64,000 nucleotides of DNA from a virus. Its lineage: Duplodnaviria > Caudoviricetes. The DNA is taken from IMG/VR virus record IMGVR_UViG_3300035208_005087, positions 32,001-96,000 of that record. One strand, 5' to 3'. Each line of letters begins with the position of its first letter. Within the stretch, counting starts at the first letter, position 1. The notes under the pieces are model-generated. The model did not search any database, was not told the origin of the DNA, and saw only the letters and a program-made list of their open reading frames with translations. This document shows, piece after piece, positions 37,058 to 47,326 of this stretch. Made by a program: the position numbers and the translations under genes.

Positions 37058-37849
37058 TTAATCCCTTAGGGCTACAACCTTTTTACCTATCTTCATGTAT
37101 GCTTCGTCCCCAAATGTTCCTGTATAGTAAGAAACTCTCATGGTTATACCTTCTTGGACCTGCGGGATATCCAAACCATACCCTCCCCACACAAGAGTAT
37201 TCTCCACGACAAGGAAGTCTATACCTTCTCTCTGAGAGGTAGCCTGGGCTATGTTTACCGCAGTCCCAAATACGGGGGCTTCTACTAAAGTTACATATTT
37301 GTTTTGTACATCGGTAGCTGTAAGGGTGATATATTCTGTCACTATCCTTCCCGAGGGGCTTGCGTCCCCTACCAGATAAAGGCTACTGATTCTTGTGGTC
37401 GACGGGGTTCCTAGCGGGTTACTACTAGAAACGTACGCTGCCCACCCTTCTACTATATCCGAATACTGTACATCTGACACTTTAAAGGATACCCTTTTCT
37501 TCACACCTCCCGCTGTTACCCGTGCTCCCAGTGTGTCCCCTTTTACATGCAATGTTGCAGAAATTTCCTTGGCCGTTCCCAGCATTAATGTCTCGGACCT
37601 TCCCTCATACCCTGGGACTGTGTAAGTGGCCCCTCCATCTTGCGTACTTAATATCAGGGACTTTGTTCCTACTACCGCCCGATCTGAACGTATTTGGAAG
37701 CACACCTCATGGTGGGAGTTTTTTAAACATATCTCTAGAGCCGAGAAAACATTAGGAGTACTAACTTTAAAAGACATGGACACCCCTGACAACCCTGGGT
37801 ATTCCAAGGCCATGTTTGTCAGTACGTAGTTCGTGCGCATTTTGAGCAT
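37058..37849 (-). CDS. Virion structural protein with C-terminal beta-sandwich module (263 aa)
   Basis: QREGIDFLVVENTLVW...EGITMRVSY module, shared with the 82-aa and 957-aa proteins. Confidence 0.6.
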   Translation of the reverse strand: MLKMRTNYVLTNMALEYPGLSGVSMSFKVSTPNVFSALEICLKNSHHEVCFQIRSDRAVVGTKSLILSTQDGGATYTVPGYEGRSETLMLGTAKEISATLHVKGDTLGARVTAGGVKKRVSFKVSDVQYSDIVEGWAAYVSSSNPLGTPSTTRISSLYLVGDASPSGRIVTEYITLTATDVQNKYVTLVEAPVFGTAVNIAQATSQREGIDFLVVENTLVWGGYGLDIPQVQEGITMRVSYYTGTFGDEAYMKIGKKVVALRD

Positions 37850-37861
37850 ATTCCTGCCTCC

Positions 37862-40735
37862 TTAGGTGTGTACGATATTTAATGTTTTTGCTGCGAAATT
37901 TACGGACACATCCGTTTCTTCTTCTATCAACCAGTTAATGGGAGAAAAACCAGTTACCCCGCTGGCCCCTTTATACACCCACTGCTCTCTGGGTAAAAAG
38001 ATAACGCTTTTCCCCACCACACCGGTAAAGAGGGGGTAGTCCCCTGCTAGCACACATATTACTGTCGCAGTTTCTTGAAGGGCTCTTTGTATGGTCCTAT
38101 ATGGATTCCCTAAACTACCATTACCTGTATCATCGTTACCGTCCACTGTAACGAACACCTTATCCCCTGGTATATCTTTAGGGTCAAAAGGTTGTATGGC
38201 TAGTCTATCGGTTCTCTTAAGTAAGGGGATCTCCGGGCGCGAGTCATGGATATCCAAGCGGGACGGGGCAGTCTCGAGTATTTGCTCATCAAAGTATTGT
38301 GTTCTTTTAGACACATGCGGTGTCTCTGCCCCCATTATAGGGGACACAGTATCTGCGTCCGCTTTATCTAAAGCGTGGCTCAGTCTTCTCACCGGTTTAT
38401 CTAAATTTCCGTCCCACACATAATCGTGCCCTATTTGAGACATGTACAGATTTTCGGATACCCTGTTGTACACATCCACCAAATTCTCTAAGGCGCCTAT
38501 ATCTGGGGGCTCTCCCTTGTATGTTCGATCTACTTGGGATAAGTCTCGTTCCCTGCTGCTAAGTGAGTCCTTATTACGAGTAATATAGGATGGATTTCCT
38601 GCCAAACGGTTGGGGCTAGCATCGTCTATACTATAATCAAAATCTACGGGGTTTTTATAGAGGGGGTCGCTGTTTATATTTGATGGGTCAGGAGAGAAGT
38701 TTAAGGACGACCCAAATATGTTATTGTTTTTGAACTCGGCCAGAAAGCCGGATGACATGGTAAGGGCCTGAATATTGGTTAAACTGTTTGAGTCTAGAAC
38801 AGTGTGCCCTTCCGTGGTACTCCCTCCTATCAACTCAAAAGTTATCCTTAATACATCTCCTAATTCCATAGTATCCCAAAGGTATGGGTTTTCTGGCTCT
38901 GTTGCAGGGTAATTCGGGTTCTTGTTTAACTGTAGGGTGTCATCTGTCACTACCGTAAACTCTGTACCGTAAAAAGCCGATGTACCCTCTGTATCGTTGA
39001 TGACCACGGCGTAATTACCCGATGGGCTCTGTAAAAAGTTGAAAGGAAAGGGGCCTATGGTGCCGGTGTCTATAAGTGCTTGGTCTACTGTTATGTACCG
39101 CACCCCATAAGACACTGCGGAGGCTACATCATCTATTTGCACATTTACTAGATTATCCAGGGTGTTATGCCTAAACTCCAGTTTCTTAACCGACTGGACC
39201 CTGACCCCTAACTCAGCGGCTTGTCCCAATATGCTGTATGCCACCTCTGATATAGCGCTACCTGCCCATAGGGGTTTTAAAGCTATGGCCTTAACAGTTG
39301 TTGTTGCCCCTATTTGAATAGGTGTCGTGTACTCTGTAGACGAACCATCCGGGGTATCCCCGTTCAGTGTATAGTAGATTATTGCATCACCAGGGTCTGT
39401 CGCCAAGGATACTGTTTGTGGAAGAAGGTAAGACCCCCCGTCCACATCAAAGGTCGGTGCCGCCACCGTCCCTGTGATTGTATATACCCCTGTTAACACC
39501 TCGGAGTCTGTCCACCCTGTTTTCTTTGCAAGGGCTTTGAGGGTCACAGATGCACCTACGGTGACAGATCCCGTGTATAGGGTGGAACTCGTTGTGGGTG
39601 TAGTCCCGTCAGTCGTGTAGTAAATGGACACCCCTGGTGTAGGGGTGGTTATTTCCACCGCCTGCCCTGTAATATACACGCCCGGTGCAACACCAAAAGC
39701 CAAAGGCTCTATTTCAAACACATATGTCTCAGAAACTACCAGACTATCTAGCATCCCGGCTTTGACGGCTATAGCCCTTACTTGCTGCGAGACTCCTACT
39801 TGGAATTCTCCACTATACAAAGGATCTGCCGTTGTGGGTATCTGACCATTAGTTGTATAGTAGAGAGAGGCATCTGGTGTTGCCGATGTTATTTCCAGAG
39901 AGAATTCGGTATTAAACGTCCCTGACACCACACTAAAAATCGGGGCGTCCACCGCCACTACTATGTGCAGGTTCGCCGAGTAACTATAATTCCCATCAGA
40001 CACGGTAACACTATTATCCCCTTGATCTACTAGGGGTTGGTCTACCTCTACGGTAAATATATACCCAGTTCTTACCGAGGCCACCTGCGTCCCATTTATG
40101 GACACTTCCGCCGTGTCCAAATCTAAAACAGCATTTGTTGTATCAATAGTGAGGGTATTTTGAAAAGTTAGGCTGTTATCCGGGTCTACTGTGATGTAGG
40201 AGAATGGCTCCTCGTAAGTTCCTGTAAAGAGGTTGCTTTCTGTGTCTTCATAGTATAGGCCAAGGGATTCTCCCTCTATGTACTCTGTGGACGCTGTTAC
40301 CTGTCCGTCTTCTCTATCCCAGAAGTATTCTACTCCTAAGCTATCCTCAAAGAACAGGTACCTTACTGTGTCAGTAGTGTCTACATAGCTCAGGGTGTGC
40401 TGGCTGCCTGTAACATTGTAAACGGACATTGAAACCGCATCAGTAACTACTACAGTGTCCACTACTAAATTGAATCCATTTTCTAGTAAGTCAAAGTCAT
40501 ACTTAGTAATCACCCCGTTGGATAAAATGTACAGTAAGAAAGTCTCTTCCGTGCCATCCACTATTTTTAGTGCTGAGTAATCTTGGGCCCCTCCCATTAT
40601 AACATGGGAGAAGCTATTATACTCTACTGTCAGTGTACTTCCGTTTGCTATATAGAATAAGGCGGTCCCTCCCTCGTAGGGAACCTCTATTGCAAAGGAG
40701 GCTTCACTGTAGGATGGTACTTGGGTTTCAGACAT
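37862..40735 (-). CDS. Adhesin-like protein: 3x chitobiase/beta-hexosaminidase C-terminal (Fn3-associated) domains, choice-of-anchor-Q-like segment, DUF1565-like motifs (957 aa)
   Basis: Three IYYTTDGxxP...Y...(V/L)(K/R)A(I/L)A repeats; NINSDPLY...PDIGALE; VFVTVDGNDDTGNGSLGNPYRTIQRAL. Confidence 0.75.
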   Translation of the reverse strand: MSETQVPSYSEASFAIEVPYEGGTALFYIANGSTLTVEYNSFSHVIMGGAQDYSALKIVDGTEETFLLYILSNGVITKYDFDLLENGFNLVVDTVVVTDAVSMSVYNVTGSQHTLSYVDTTDTVRYLFFEDSLGVEYFWDREDGQVTASTEYIEGESLGLYYEDTESNLFTGTYEEPFSYITVDPDNSLTFQNTLTIDTTNAVLDLDTAEVSINGTQVASVRTGYIFTVEVDQPLVDQGDNSVTVSDGNYSYSANLHIVVAVDAPIFSVVSGTFNTEFSLEITSATPDASLYYTTNGQIPTTADPLYSGEFQVGVSQQVRAIAVKAGMLDSLVVSETYVFEIEPLAFGVAPGVYITGQAVEITTPTPGVSIYYTTDGTTPTTSSTLYTGSVTVGASVTLKALAKKTGWTDSEVLTGVYTITGTVAAPTFDVDGGSYLLPQTVSLATDPGDAIIYYTLNGDTPDGSSTEYTTPIQIGATTTVKAIALKPLWAGSAISEVAYSILGQAAELGVRVQSVKKLEFRHNTLDNLVNVQIDDVASAVSYGVRYITVDQALIDTGTIGPFPFNFLQSPSGNYAVVINDTEGTSAFYGTEFTVVTDDTLQLNKNPNYPATEPENPYLWDTMELGDVLRITFELIGGSTTEGHTVLDSNSLTNIQALTMSSGFLAEFKNNNIFGSSLNFSPDPSNINSDPLYKNPVDFDYSIDDASPNRLAGNPSYITRNKDSLSSRERDLSQVDRTYKGEPPDIGALENLVDVYNRVSENLYMSQIGHDYVWDGNLDKPVRRLSHALDKADADTVSPIMGAETPHVSKRTQYFDEQILETAPSRLDIHDSRPEIPLLKRTDRLAIQPFDPKDIPGDKVFVTVDGNDDTGNGSLGNPYRTIQRALQETATVICVLAGDYPLFTGVVGKSVIFLPREQWVYKGASGVTGFSPINWLIEEETDVSVNFAAKTLNIVHT

Positions 40736-40742
40736 TACTAAG

Positions 40743-43565
40743 CTACCTTCTGTATACTACCAAATATGTTACCAGTACTTCCTGGGCATCGTGACTGGTG
40801 TCTGTGAAAGTTATTATACCGGACGTTGCCGATACACTGAAATTATTAAGAGGCACCCCGCCTTTGGTTATTGTCACAGTGTCTATAGCTCTAAAGTCTA
40901 CCTCGCTAGCTTCAGTCACAGTGAGAGTGTCCCCACTTACTATGTACGCCGTGTTTTCTTTTTTCTGCATGTCCGTGTAGTACAAAACGAAGTTTGACAC
41001 AGCCTCGTCCAGGTTGGTTTTTAACTCCATGGCAGAAATCAATGCCGTATACCTTTCCCCTTCTATGAATTGATTTTCAGAGGATATCCCCGCAGCATTA
41101 TTAAACTGGAAGTTAAGACCGTTAGACAGTGCTACGTATTGCGTTTCCTGCAAAGGGTGTTCCCCTGGAGACGCGGACGCCCCTATTTTGCCCTCCACTA
41201 TCGAGATAGTGTCTACCACAGGTTCAAACCAATATCCTCCTAGTATCATGGGGGTGTCATCGATTACCCCCATGCTAGCCTTAGGTAACATATTCCCAAC
41301 TGTGTTCATATTAAATACGGGAGGGCTTGTAGACCTAGTGACCACTTGGACTTCGTTTGTACTTACGTTGTATGAATACCTTCTAGTACTTGTCACCCAT
41401 CTTAGCACCCCCGTCCCATCCAAGAACGGATAAAAACCTTTGATATAGTCATTTGTGTTGTTGAATGAGTATAAGCTCTCTTCTGTACTATAACTGTCTA
41501 CTTCTGAGACTTTTTTTAAAGTATAGGCGGTCGACCCTGTCCTTACCATGTAAAAAACCTCACGAGCCCCCGCCCTGCTTATGGCCGGTGACGGTGTGTA
41601 GGAAGAATATGATACCCACTTGTTGGTACCTACCCCCGCCCTGACATCTACCCCCCTCCAATCATACACGACAGTACGCTTCGTGGTGGACCATGTTAAA
41701 ACCTTATCAAAAAAGTCTACAGTATTTAAAACGTCTTTTGCGTCCGAGGTCATAACATTTAAAGACGGCACCTCTGAGAAAAGCACAGTATCCTCCACCG
41801 TACCACTTGCCTTAAAGGTTGACACGGAGAACAATGTGAACCCTTGGCCATTATGGAGACAGGCGACCGTCTGTGACACTTCGTCATAGGCTAATGCGTT
41901 GTATGCCGACACCCCCGCTATAAGGGTCGGGCCGTACAGAGTATCCGTAGTAGTATCACAAATAAGTATCCCGTTGTTTGTGTTTACTACTATATCATCT
42001 CCCACCTTTACATATGTACTCCACGATGCCGGGATACTTGCAATTGTCTCAGGTTGCTCTAGATGACCTATTCGCCATTTACATAGCAACATGTTAGAGT
42101 TGCCCGGATGTTCTTGGTATTCGGCATTCACAGAGTAATACACATATTCCCCGACTTGTACCGTCCACGCTATGATTAATTTCGCTGTAGTGCCCTCTAC
42201 CTTGATCAAGGCAGGTGTGCCATCAGCTTTCTTAGTGGGCACCATCCTGACTCTGTGATTTCGGGGATACACTACCGTGTCCGTCGCTACTGAGAATATA
42301 GCGGTACTTTCCCTCGTAACTGTGGTAGGCCCCGTACCGTTGTCCAAAAGATTTATGGCAGTGCCCGCCAAAGCGTCCGCCTCACTGATAGCTACCTTCA
42401 GTACCGCCGCATCATATATAAGATAGTACTCCTGCCCCTCTACCAATGGTTCAGGCAAAGTGCCCCCAGAAAAGGAAACTTTCACGATGCCTCTGTCCTC
42501 ATTGTCCCACGCTGCCAACAAGGTCGTTTGCGGTGTAAAAGAGTCTATAGATGCATCAAAAGTAACCGTGTCCTGATACAAATCACATGCATCGCCGCTT
42601 TTCGTTATTTTAAAGTCTAGGTATTTTGAAAGCACGCTGCATACTGGTGTGCCCGTGATCTGAAGGGTGCCTTGTCCTTGGGGGGTTATGGTCGCATTTG
42701 TAAAGGAGCTTGTATCCCCTACCCCATGCTGCACGACCGGTTTTACCTGCGGGTTCTTAGCATTCGTGTTAGCGGCTACTACCACATCCCGATACCCCAT
42801 AGTAAAGATAGTTGAGGCGTGCATGCCATAATGCTGGCTTGTAGTAGAAGACAAAGTTCTGGACACCTTGAATAAGCTTTCCGACTGCGCCCACCCGTTA
42901 TTACTCCTTTCAACGGCATACTGAAATATAGCATCTATATCCGTGGTAGTCCCTCCCGGTATACGTACGGCCCTTCCAGCTTTACTAATATCCTCCAAAA
43001 AATACGGGGTAGTATTTACAAAAGAAGCCCCCAATGAATTGTTACTTGCTCCTAGTAGTCTTCCCCACGACCCTATCATGGCATTCGCCCAAGCATTACT
43101 AACGGCCCCTGTAGACGCCGAACTGTTAGACACCACCGCTTGGATAGTGTAGCTTAAATAAAGTATCGTTTCGGGCGTTTGGACTATGGGATTAGTCAGG
43201 GCCACAAAGGAGTATAGCTCTGTAGAGGACCCCGACCCAAAGGCGTTTATCTCTCGAGACTCGACAGGTGCTGCAAAACTATAGGTCAGTCTGACACTAT
43301 TGTTATTATTTATGTAACTGACGGACGTCGCATATTCATTCGCTATACAGGTGTACCCTGGAACGCTACTAGTACTTGAAACTCTCCGGTAGTCTTGGCC
43401 ACCTGTGGAGGTCCCGTTATATAGCTGCAAATAGGAAGGTGCTGTCCCAAAAGCTAATTTCCCATACCCAAAGTCTGTAATTAAATTATCAGAACGTTCC
43501 TCAAATAAAACCTCTCCGGTGATCTCATGTATAAGCTGGGCCTCGTAGACTCCTTTAAATTTCAT
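40743..43565 (-). CDS. Tail fibre/receptor-binding-like protein (940 aa)
   Basis: N-terminal GEVLFEERSDNLITDFG typical of fibre anchors; Ser/Thr/Asn-rich beta structure. Confidence 0.55.
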   Translation of the reverse strand: MKFKGVYEAQLIHEITGEVLFEERSDNLITDFGYGKLAFGTAPSYLQLYNGTSTGGQDYRRVSSTSSVPGYTCIANEYATSVSYINNNNSVRLTYSFAAPVESREINAFGSGSSTELYSFVALTNPIVQTPETILYLSYTIQAVVSNSSASTGAVSNAWANAMIGSWGRLLGASNNSLGASFVNTTPYFLEDISKAGRAVRIPGGTTTDIDAIFQYAVERSNNGWAQSESLFKVSRTLSSTTSQHYGMHASTIFTMGYRDVVVAANTNAKNPQVKPVVQHGVGDTSSFTNATITPQGQGTLQITGTPVCSVLSKYLDFKITKSGDACDLYQDTVTFDASIDSFTPQTTLLAAWDNEDRGIVKVSFSGGTLPEPLVEGQEYYLIYDAAVLKVAISEADALAGTAINLLDNGTGPTTVTRESTAIFSVATDTVVYPRNHRVRMVPTKKADGTPALIKVEGTTAKLIIAWTVQVGEYVYYSVNAEYQEHPGNSNMLLCKWRIGHLEQPETIASIPASWSTYVKVGDDIVVNTNNGILICDTTTDTLYGPTLIAGVSAYNALAYDEVSQTVACLHNGQGFTLFSVSTFKASGTVEDTVLFSEVPSLNVMTSDAKDVLNTVDFFDKVLTWSTTKRTVVYDWRGVDVRAGVGTNKWVSYSSYTPSPAISRAGAREVFYMVRTGSTAYTLKKVSEVDSYSTEESLYSFNNTNDYIKGFYPFLDGTGVLRWVTSTRRYSYNVSTNEVQVVTRSTSPPVFNMNTVGNMLPKASMGVIDDTPMILGGYWFEPVVDTISIVEGKIGASASPGEHPLQETQYVALSNGLNFQFNNAAGISSENQFIEGERYTALISAMELKTNLDEAVSNFVLYYTDMQKKENTAYIVSGDTLTVTEASEVDFRAIDTVTITKGGVPLNNFSVSATSGIITFTDTSHDAQEVLVTYLVVYRR

Positions 43566-43579
43566 AAGTAATTCCTCTT

Positions 43580-44875
43580 TTATAGGATGGACGTACTTCC
43601 TGCACAGGACACGCCTACCGTAATTTCTTCCTCGATAATTTCTGTATCTATGTGGTAAGTTTTAGTATTCATAGAATATCCGCCGGCAGACACTTGCACC
43701 CCCGCAGTCTCCGCCACGAGCTTGTTTACATATACTAGCGTTTTAGTTATACCAAAACCCCCTCCACAACTAACCCCTACCTTGGCTAACTCCCTTATCA
43801 CCCCCGTTTCTTTTTCTGGGTTTATCTCTATCCGTTGTTCTACTGGCAAAGAGAATGCAGCCGCAAAACGAGATGACCCGTACACACCGTACGCCCCTGT
43901 AAACCCTATGTAAAAAGGGGATCCCTCCGAAGGTAACTTTATGAGCTCCCCGGTCTCCTCGGGGAGTATACTCTGTCTTAGTTCTATGTCTTTATCATAC
44001 AGCTGGATACTATCCACCCTACTGTACCCCAAGGTTATCTGGGCCCTATCCACTAAATAAGGTACCGATATATAATACCCTTCCTCTGTTCCATCTGTAT
44101 TGTAGAGGCTACCCTCCGAGAGTCCTCCTAATGTGTACGGCACGTACCCCTTCACTGTAGTGCTAGACACGGCCGAGGGACTCACCCTATTAATATTTAC
44201 AAAAGGATCCGGCTGTATGATGGAATTGTTTACGGGGTAGTCCTCTTTATACTGGAACTCCGCTATATTACCCTCTACGTCCACCATCCTTTTGAATAAA
44301 GACCCGTTCTTTGAGAAAAGCACTGTAAGCACCCCGTCCTCAAAACTAAACTTAGGGTACAACCCTGCACCCAACACATGGGTGTCTCCTCCGGTCCACT
44401 CCCAATCCAGCCCGTTGTGTACCTGCTTCTTATAAAAGATCAGCTTAGCCCCGTCCCTGAAGTTATAAATACGTTCTATAGCGCTGCCACTTGTCTGAAC
44501 TATTGCAATAAGGGCATAGTTTTCTTGATATGTGTCAAATAAGCCTATGTCTCCCGTGGTACTGTTTACCAGGACATATTTGTAAGAGGGTATCACCACT
44601 GGTAAAAAAGTTTCCGGCCAGGTGAGCGTCGTACCGTTTACTATTACAGACGAGGGAGCTAATCTTATTTCTGTATCTCCAGTCTTAGTACAAACATTTA
44701 AGTCTTGAGGAGCTCGAACTCCTGCCGAGTACACGAGGATAGACGCACCCGTACTGTGCTTTACCATAAAGGAGTTGCCCACTGTTAGTACTGGCTTATC
44801 CATAAAGGTGCTAGGGATGATGGGTCCCACCCTTATTAAGGGTCTGCCACTTTTTATGATTTTTGTATTCGCCAC
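43580..44875 (-). CDS. Hypothetical beta-rich virion protein (431 aa)
   Basis: GTG start after GGAGG; lies in the fibre cluster. Confidence 0.6.
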   Translation of the reverse strand: MANTKIIKSGRPLIRVGPIIPSTFMDKPVLTVGNSFMVKHSTGASILVYSAGVRAPQDLNVCTKTGDTEIRLAPSSVIVNGTTLTWPETFLPVVIPSYKYVLVNSTTGDIGLFDTYQENYALIAIVQTSGSAIERIYNFRDGAKLIFYKKQVHNGLDWEWTGGDTHVLGAGLYPKFSFEDGVLTVLFSKNGSLFKRMVDVEGNIAEFQYKEDYPVNNSIIQPDPFVNINRVSPSAVSSTTVKGYVPYTLGGLSEGSLYNTDGTEEGYYISVPYLVDRAQITLGYSRVDSIQLYDKDIELRQSILPEETGELIKLPSEGSPFYIGFTGAYGVYGSSRFAAAFSLPVEQRIEINPEKETGVIRELAKVGVSCGGGFGITKTLVYVNKLVAETAGVQVSAGGYSMNTKTYHIDTEIIEEEITVGVSCAGSTSIL

Positions 44876-44887
44876 CCGTTACCCTCC

Positions 44888-45664
44888 TTAGGTCACGATA
44901 GTTCCGTGGATGTTGTTAGAGTGCACAGCCCCTTCCTCTACCCTTCGTAAATCTATACCCACTTCCTGTGTACCTATATCATTTTGATGGATATTAGCGT
45001 AACGGTAGTTATCCACCTCCACAGCCTGTAGGCCTCTAAATTTACTTCTCCGTACGGTTATAGACCCTCTCTGGGTAGACGCACCATTCACTGCTACCAC
45101 ACCCGCGCTATCAAAAGATAACTGATCCACCGTCACCGATAACCCGTTATCTACCGACAGACCCCCGAAGTTAGCCCAAGGGTCCTTCCCCAATCCCTTA
45201 ACTTTACAGTGGGTCCTTTTTTGGATGACCCTATTCCCGTACTCCCCTGGATATAGTAAAAGAACACCACCACCTCTCAACATATCTAAGGCCAAATCCA
45301 TGGAGGACACCGGTGATCTCATACCTCCTAAAGCCGTGTTGGACCCATTAAACGAGTCCACATATACTGTATTCCTCTTTCTTTCTAACCATATAAACTT
45401 CTGTAGGGCCACTGTATATTGTGTAAGCACACCCTCATAACCCACCTCTACCACGATCTCTTCTGGAAAGGGGTCCGCATCTGAATACCCCTCGTCTTGT
45501 ATCTGAAGTACCCCTGACGTAGCGTTTATATAAAACAAGTGGAGAGGGTCTCCACTTACTATAACAAAGGTGTGGGGGCCCTCTCCATACTGAGGAGGTC
45601 TTATCGCCCCTATCATGTAATCGGCGCCTTTATCGTGAGGGACTTTGAAGGTGTAATCCGCCAT
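44888..45664 (-). CDS. Cadherin-like plus DUF1565/short right-handed beta-helix protein (258 aa)
   Basis: FVIVSGDPLHLFYINATSGVLQI (cadherin-like); VYVDSFNGSN...LYPGEY; beta-helix rungs ANIHQNDI, AVHSNNIHG. Confidence 0.6.
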   Translation of the reverse strand: MADYTFKVPHDKGADYMIGAIRPPQYGEGPHTFVIVSGDPLHLFYINATSGVLQIQDEGYSDADPFPEEIVVEVGYEGVLTQYTVALQKFIWLERKRNTVYVDSFNGSNTALGGMRSPVSSMDLALDMLRGGGVLLLYPGEYGNRVIQKRTHCKVKGLGKDPWANFGGLSVDNGLSVTVDQLSFDSAGVVAVNGASTQRGSITVRRSKFRGLQAVEVDNYRYANIHQNDIGTQEVGIDLRRVEEGAVHSNNIHGTIVT

Positions 45665-45912
45665 TAGTTCCTCTCATACATGACTCGTATGTTTACTACG
45701 AAGCCCTCATCTATAACGCCCTTTATATCAGACCCTGGTAGATCCCAAGAGAGGGTGCTACCAGTCACCGTAAAGTCCACCCCGTACACCTGGGCTGGTC
45801 CTCCTATAGGGTCCACGGACACCTCGTCAGGTAATATAGGGGCATAACTTAGGGATAAACTACTACCCGGGAGGCTTCCTATATCCTCGAAATACTCTAC
45901 TTCTAAAGCCAT
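45664..45912 (-). CDS. Stand-alone beta-sandwich module protein (82 aa)
   Basis: QVYGVDFTVTGSTLSW...IRVMY; AAGGAG SD. Confidence 0.65.
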   Translation of the reverse strand: MALEVEYFEDIGSLPGSSLSLSYAPILPDEVSVDPIGGPAQVYGVDFTVTGSTLSWDLPGSDIKGVIDEGFVVNIRVMYERN

Positions 45913-45924
45913 CTTAATCTCCTT

Positions 45925-46833
45925 TTAGCTCCAACCGCCGCCGCTACTTACATAGTTCCTACGAGACTGCACCCCAACCCTACTGTAAGGACCCAATGCT
46001 GCCGAAATACCAATACCAAAACGAGGCTGCTTTAAACCTTTCACTATCTTAATGGTACTTTTTGCCTCTTCCTTCAACTTATCGAAGCTTTGCTCCAAGT
46101 TCTCTTTCATAGACATGTACTTAGAACTTTTTTCCAAGTCTAAGGACACGCCCGAAATAGAGTAGTTAAACTCATCCGCTATCCAGTTTAGGGCTACTGC
46201 TCGGCACGCTCTCGCCCCCGCGCCAACTATGATCGCTGAGGACCAGTTGTATGGGAGGTTGTCTAGTGTTATGTCCGTTGCGGGGGGTGCCGAGTTAAAG
46301 TCGTACACAGTGTCCAGTAAATAGTAGTACAGCTCCTCATCTTCCCATATATACCCAAACACCTCTGTTTGGGTCTGAAGGAACTTTTCCGTCGAGGGAG
46401 GCCTAAACCTATAATTTCTATCGGGGTTGTTGTCCCTGAGGGATATCCTGAGCCTCTTTATGAGTTCATCCAAAAAAGGTAGCTGAGGAGGTCTAAAACC
46501 CGATTTATTTGTAACCGTTGAGGTATCCACTACATTGAAATTTTGTATCACCTGCATGATGGGGGAGGTGGCTTCTTCTTTAAAACTCCACCGTACTACC
46601 CAGTCCCCTATATTCGCGTCTAAGGGGATAGTTGTTGCCGCATAAAATTCACCTACCCCCGTGGACTGAGGTATCTGATTTGGTTCCCCTATCAACACCT
46701 CTAAACCTGTAGTAAAGTCAAAAACAGCATAGGTTATTGCGTACGGGTCTACTAATTGCCCGGCTCCGTTTCTTATGGATATCCTCAGGTCACTTGGCCC
46801 TGTTACCTGACCCTTCTGAAAAGCTACACTCAT
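45925..46833 (-). CDS. Putative head-tail adaptor (neck) protein with N-terminal Ig-like domain (302 aa)
   Basis: Helical C-domain LRISLRD...IWEDEELYYYL...FNYSISGVSLDL resembles adaptor proteins. Confidence 0.5.
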   Translation of the reverse strand: MSVAFQKGQVTGPSDLRISIRNGAGQLVDPYAITYAVFDFTTGLEVLIGEPNQIPQSTGVGEFYAATTIPLDANIGDWVVRWSFKEEATSPIMQVIQNFNVVDTSTVTNKSGFRPPQLPFLDELIKRLRISLRDNNPDRNYRFRPPSTEKFLQTQTEVFGYIWEDEELYYYLLDTVYDFNSAPPATDITLDNLPYNWSSAIIVGAGARACRAVALNWIADEFNYSISGVSLDLEKSSKYMSMKENLEQSFDKLKEEAKSTIKIVKGLKQPRFGIGISAALGPYSRVGVQSRRNYVSSGGGWS

Positions 46834-46845
46834 TATAGTTTCCCC

Positions 46846-47316
46846 TTACTTGTACAGCACGGATAGTTCGTCTTCTACTTCAGGAGCCTCTGTCTTAGCA
46901 CCTTTTAGGCCTAATAGTTTTAGCATCTGATCATTCTCATTCTCGGGAAGCCCTTTCTTATTGTCTTTCTGCCTTTTCTCTACTAACGCCCCGATATCGG
47001 TATTGCTAGCCACCTTCAATTCGTACACCTGTTCCCCATCCAACTTAGCAGCATCTGCCGGTGTGATTACCTTTCCTGCTTGCTTTTCCTTGGCAGCAGC
47101 CTGTTCCACCTGGCGTAGCACATCTTTGAGGGCCATGAGTATCTTGTTCCTCTTACCCTCATATCTGGTGGTAAACATACCCGTTTTACCTTTGTCCTTC
47201 AGACCCAAGAATCTCTCTAGACCCATGGGGTCTTCCCCCTTAGCATACAGAATGGCTAAAGTCAGTATTTCATACAAGGTTCTTTGTTTCACTTCATCTA
47301 CATCTACCTTGATCAT
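46846..47316 (-). CDS. Hypothetical protein (156 aa)
   Basis: ORF in operon with an SD. Confidence 0.6.
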   Translation of the reverse strand: MIKVDVDEVKQRTLYEILTLAILYAKGEDPMGLERFLGLKDKGKTGMFTTRYEGKRNKILMALKDVLRQVEQAAAKEKQAGKVITPADAAKLDGEQVYELKVASNTDIGALVEKRQKDNKKGLPENENDQMLKLLGLKGAKTEAPEVEDELSVLYK

Positions 47317-47326
47317 CTCTACCCCT

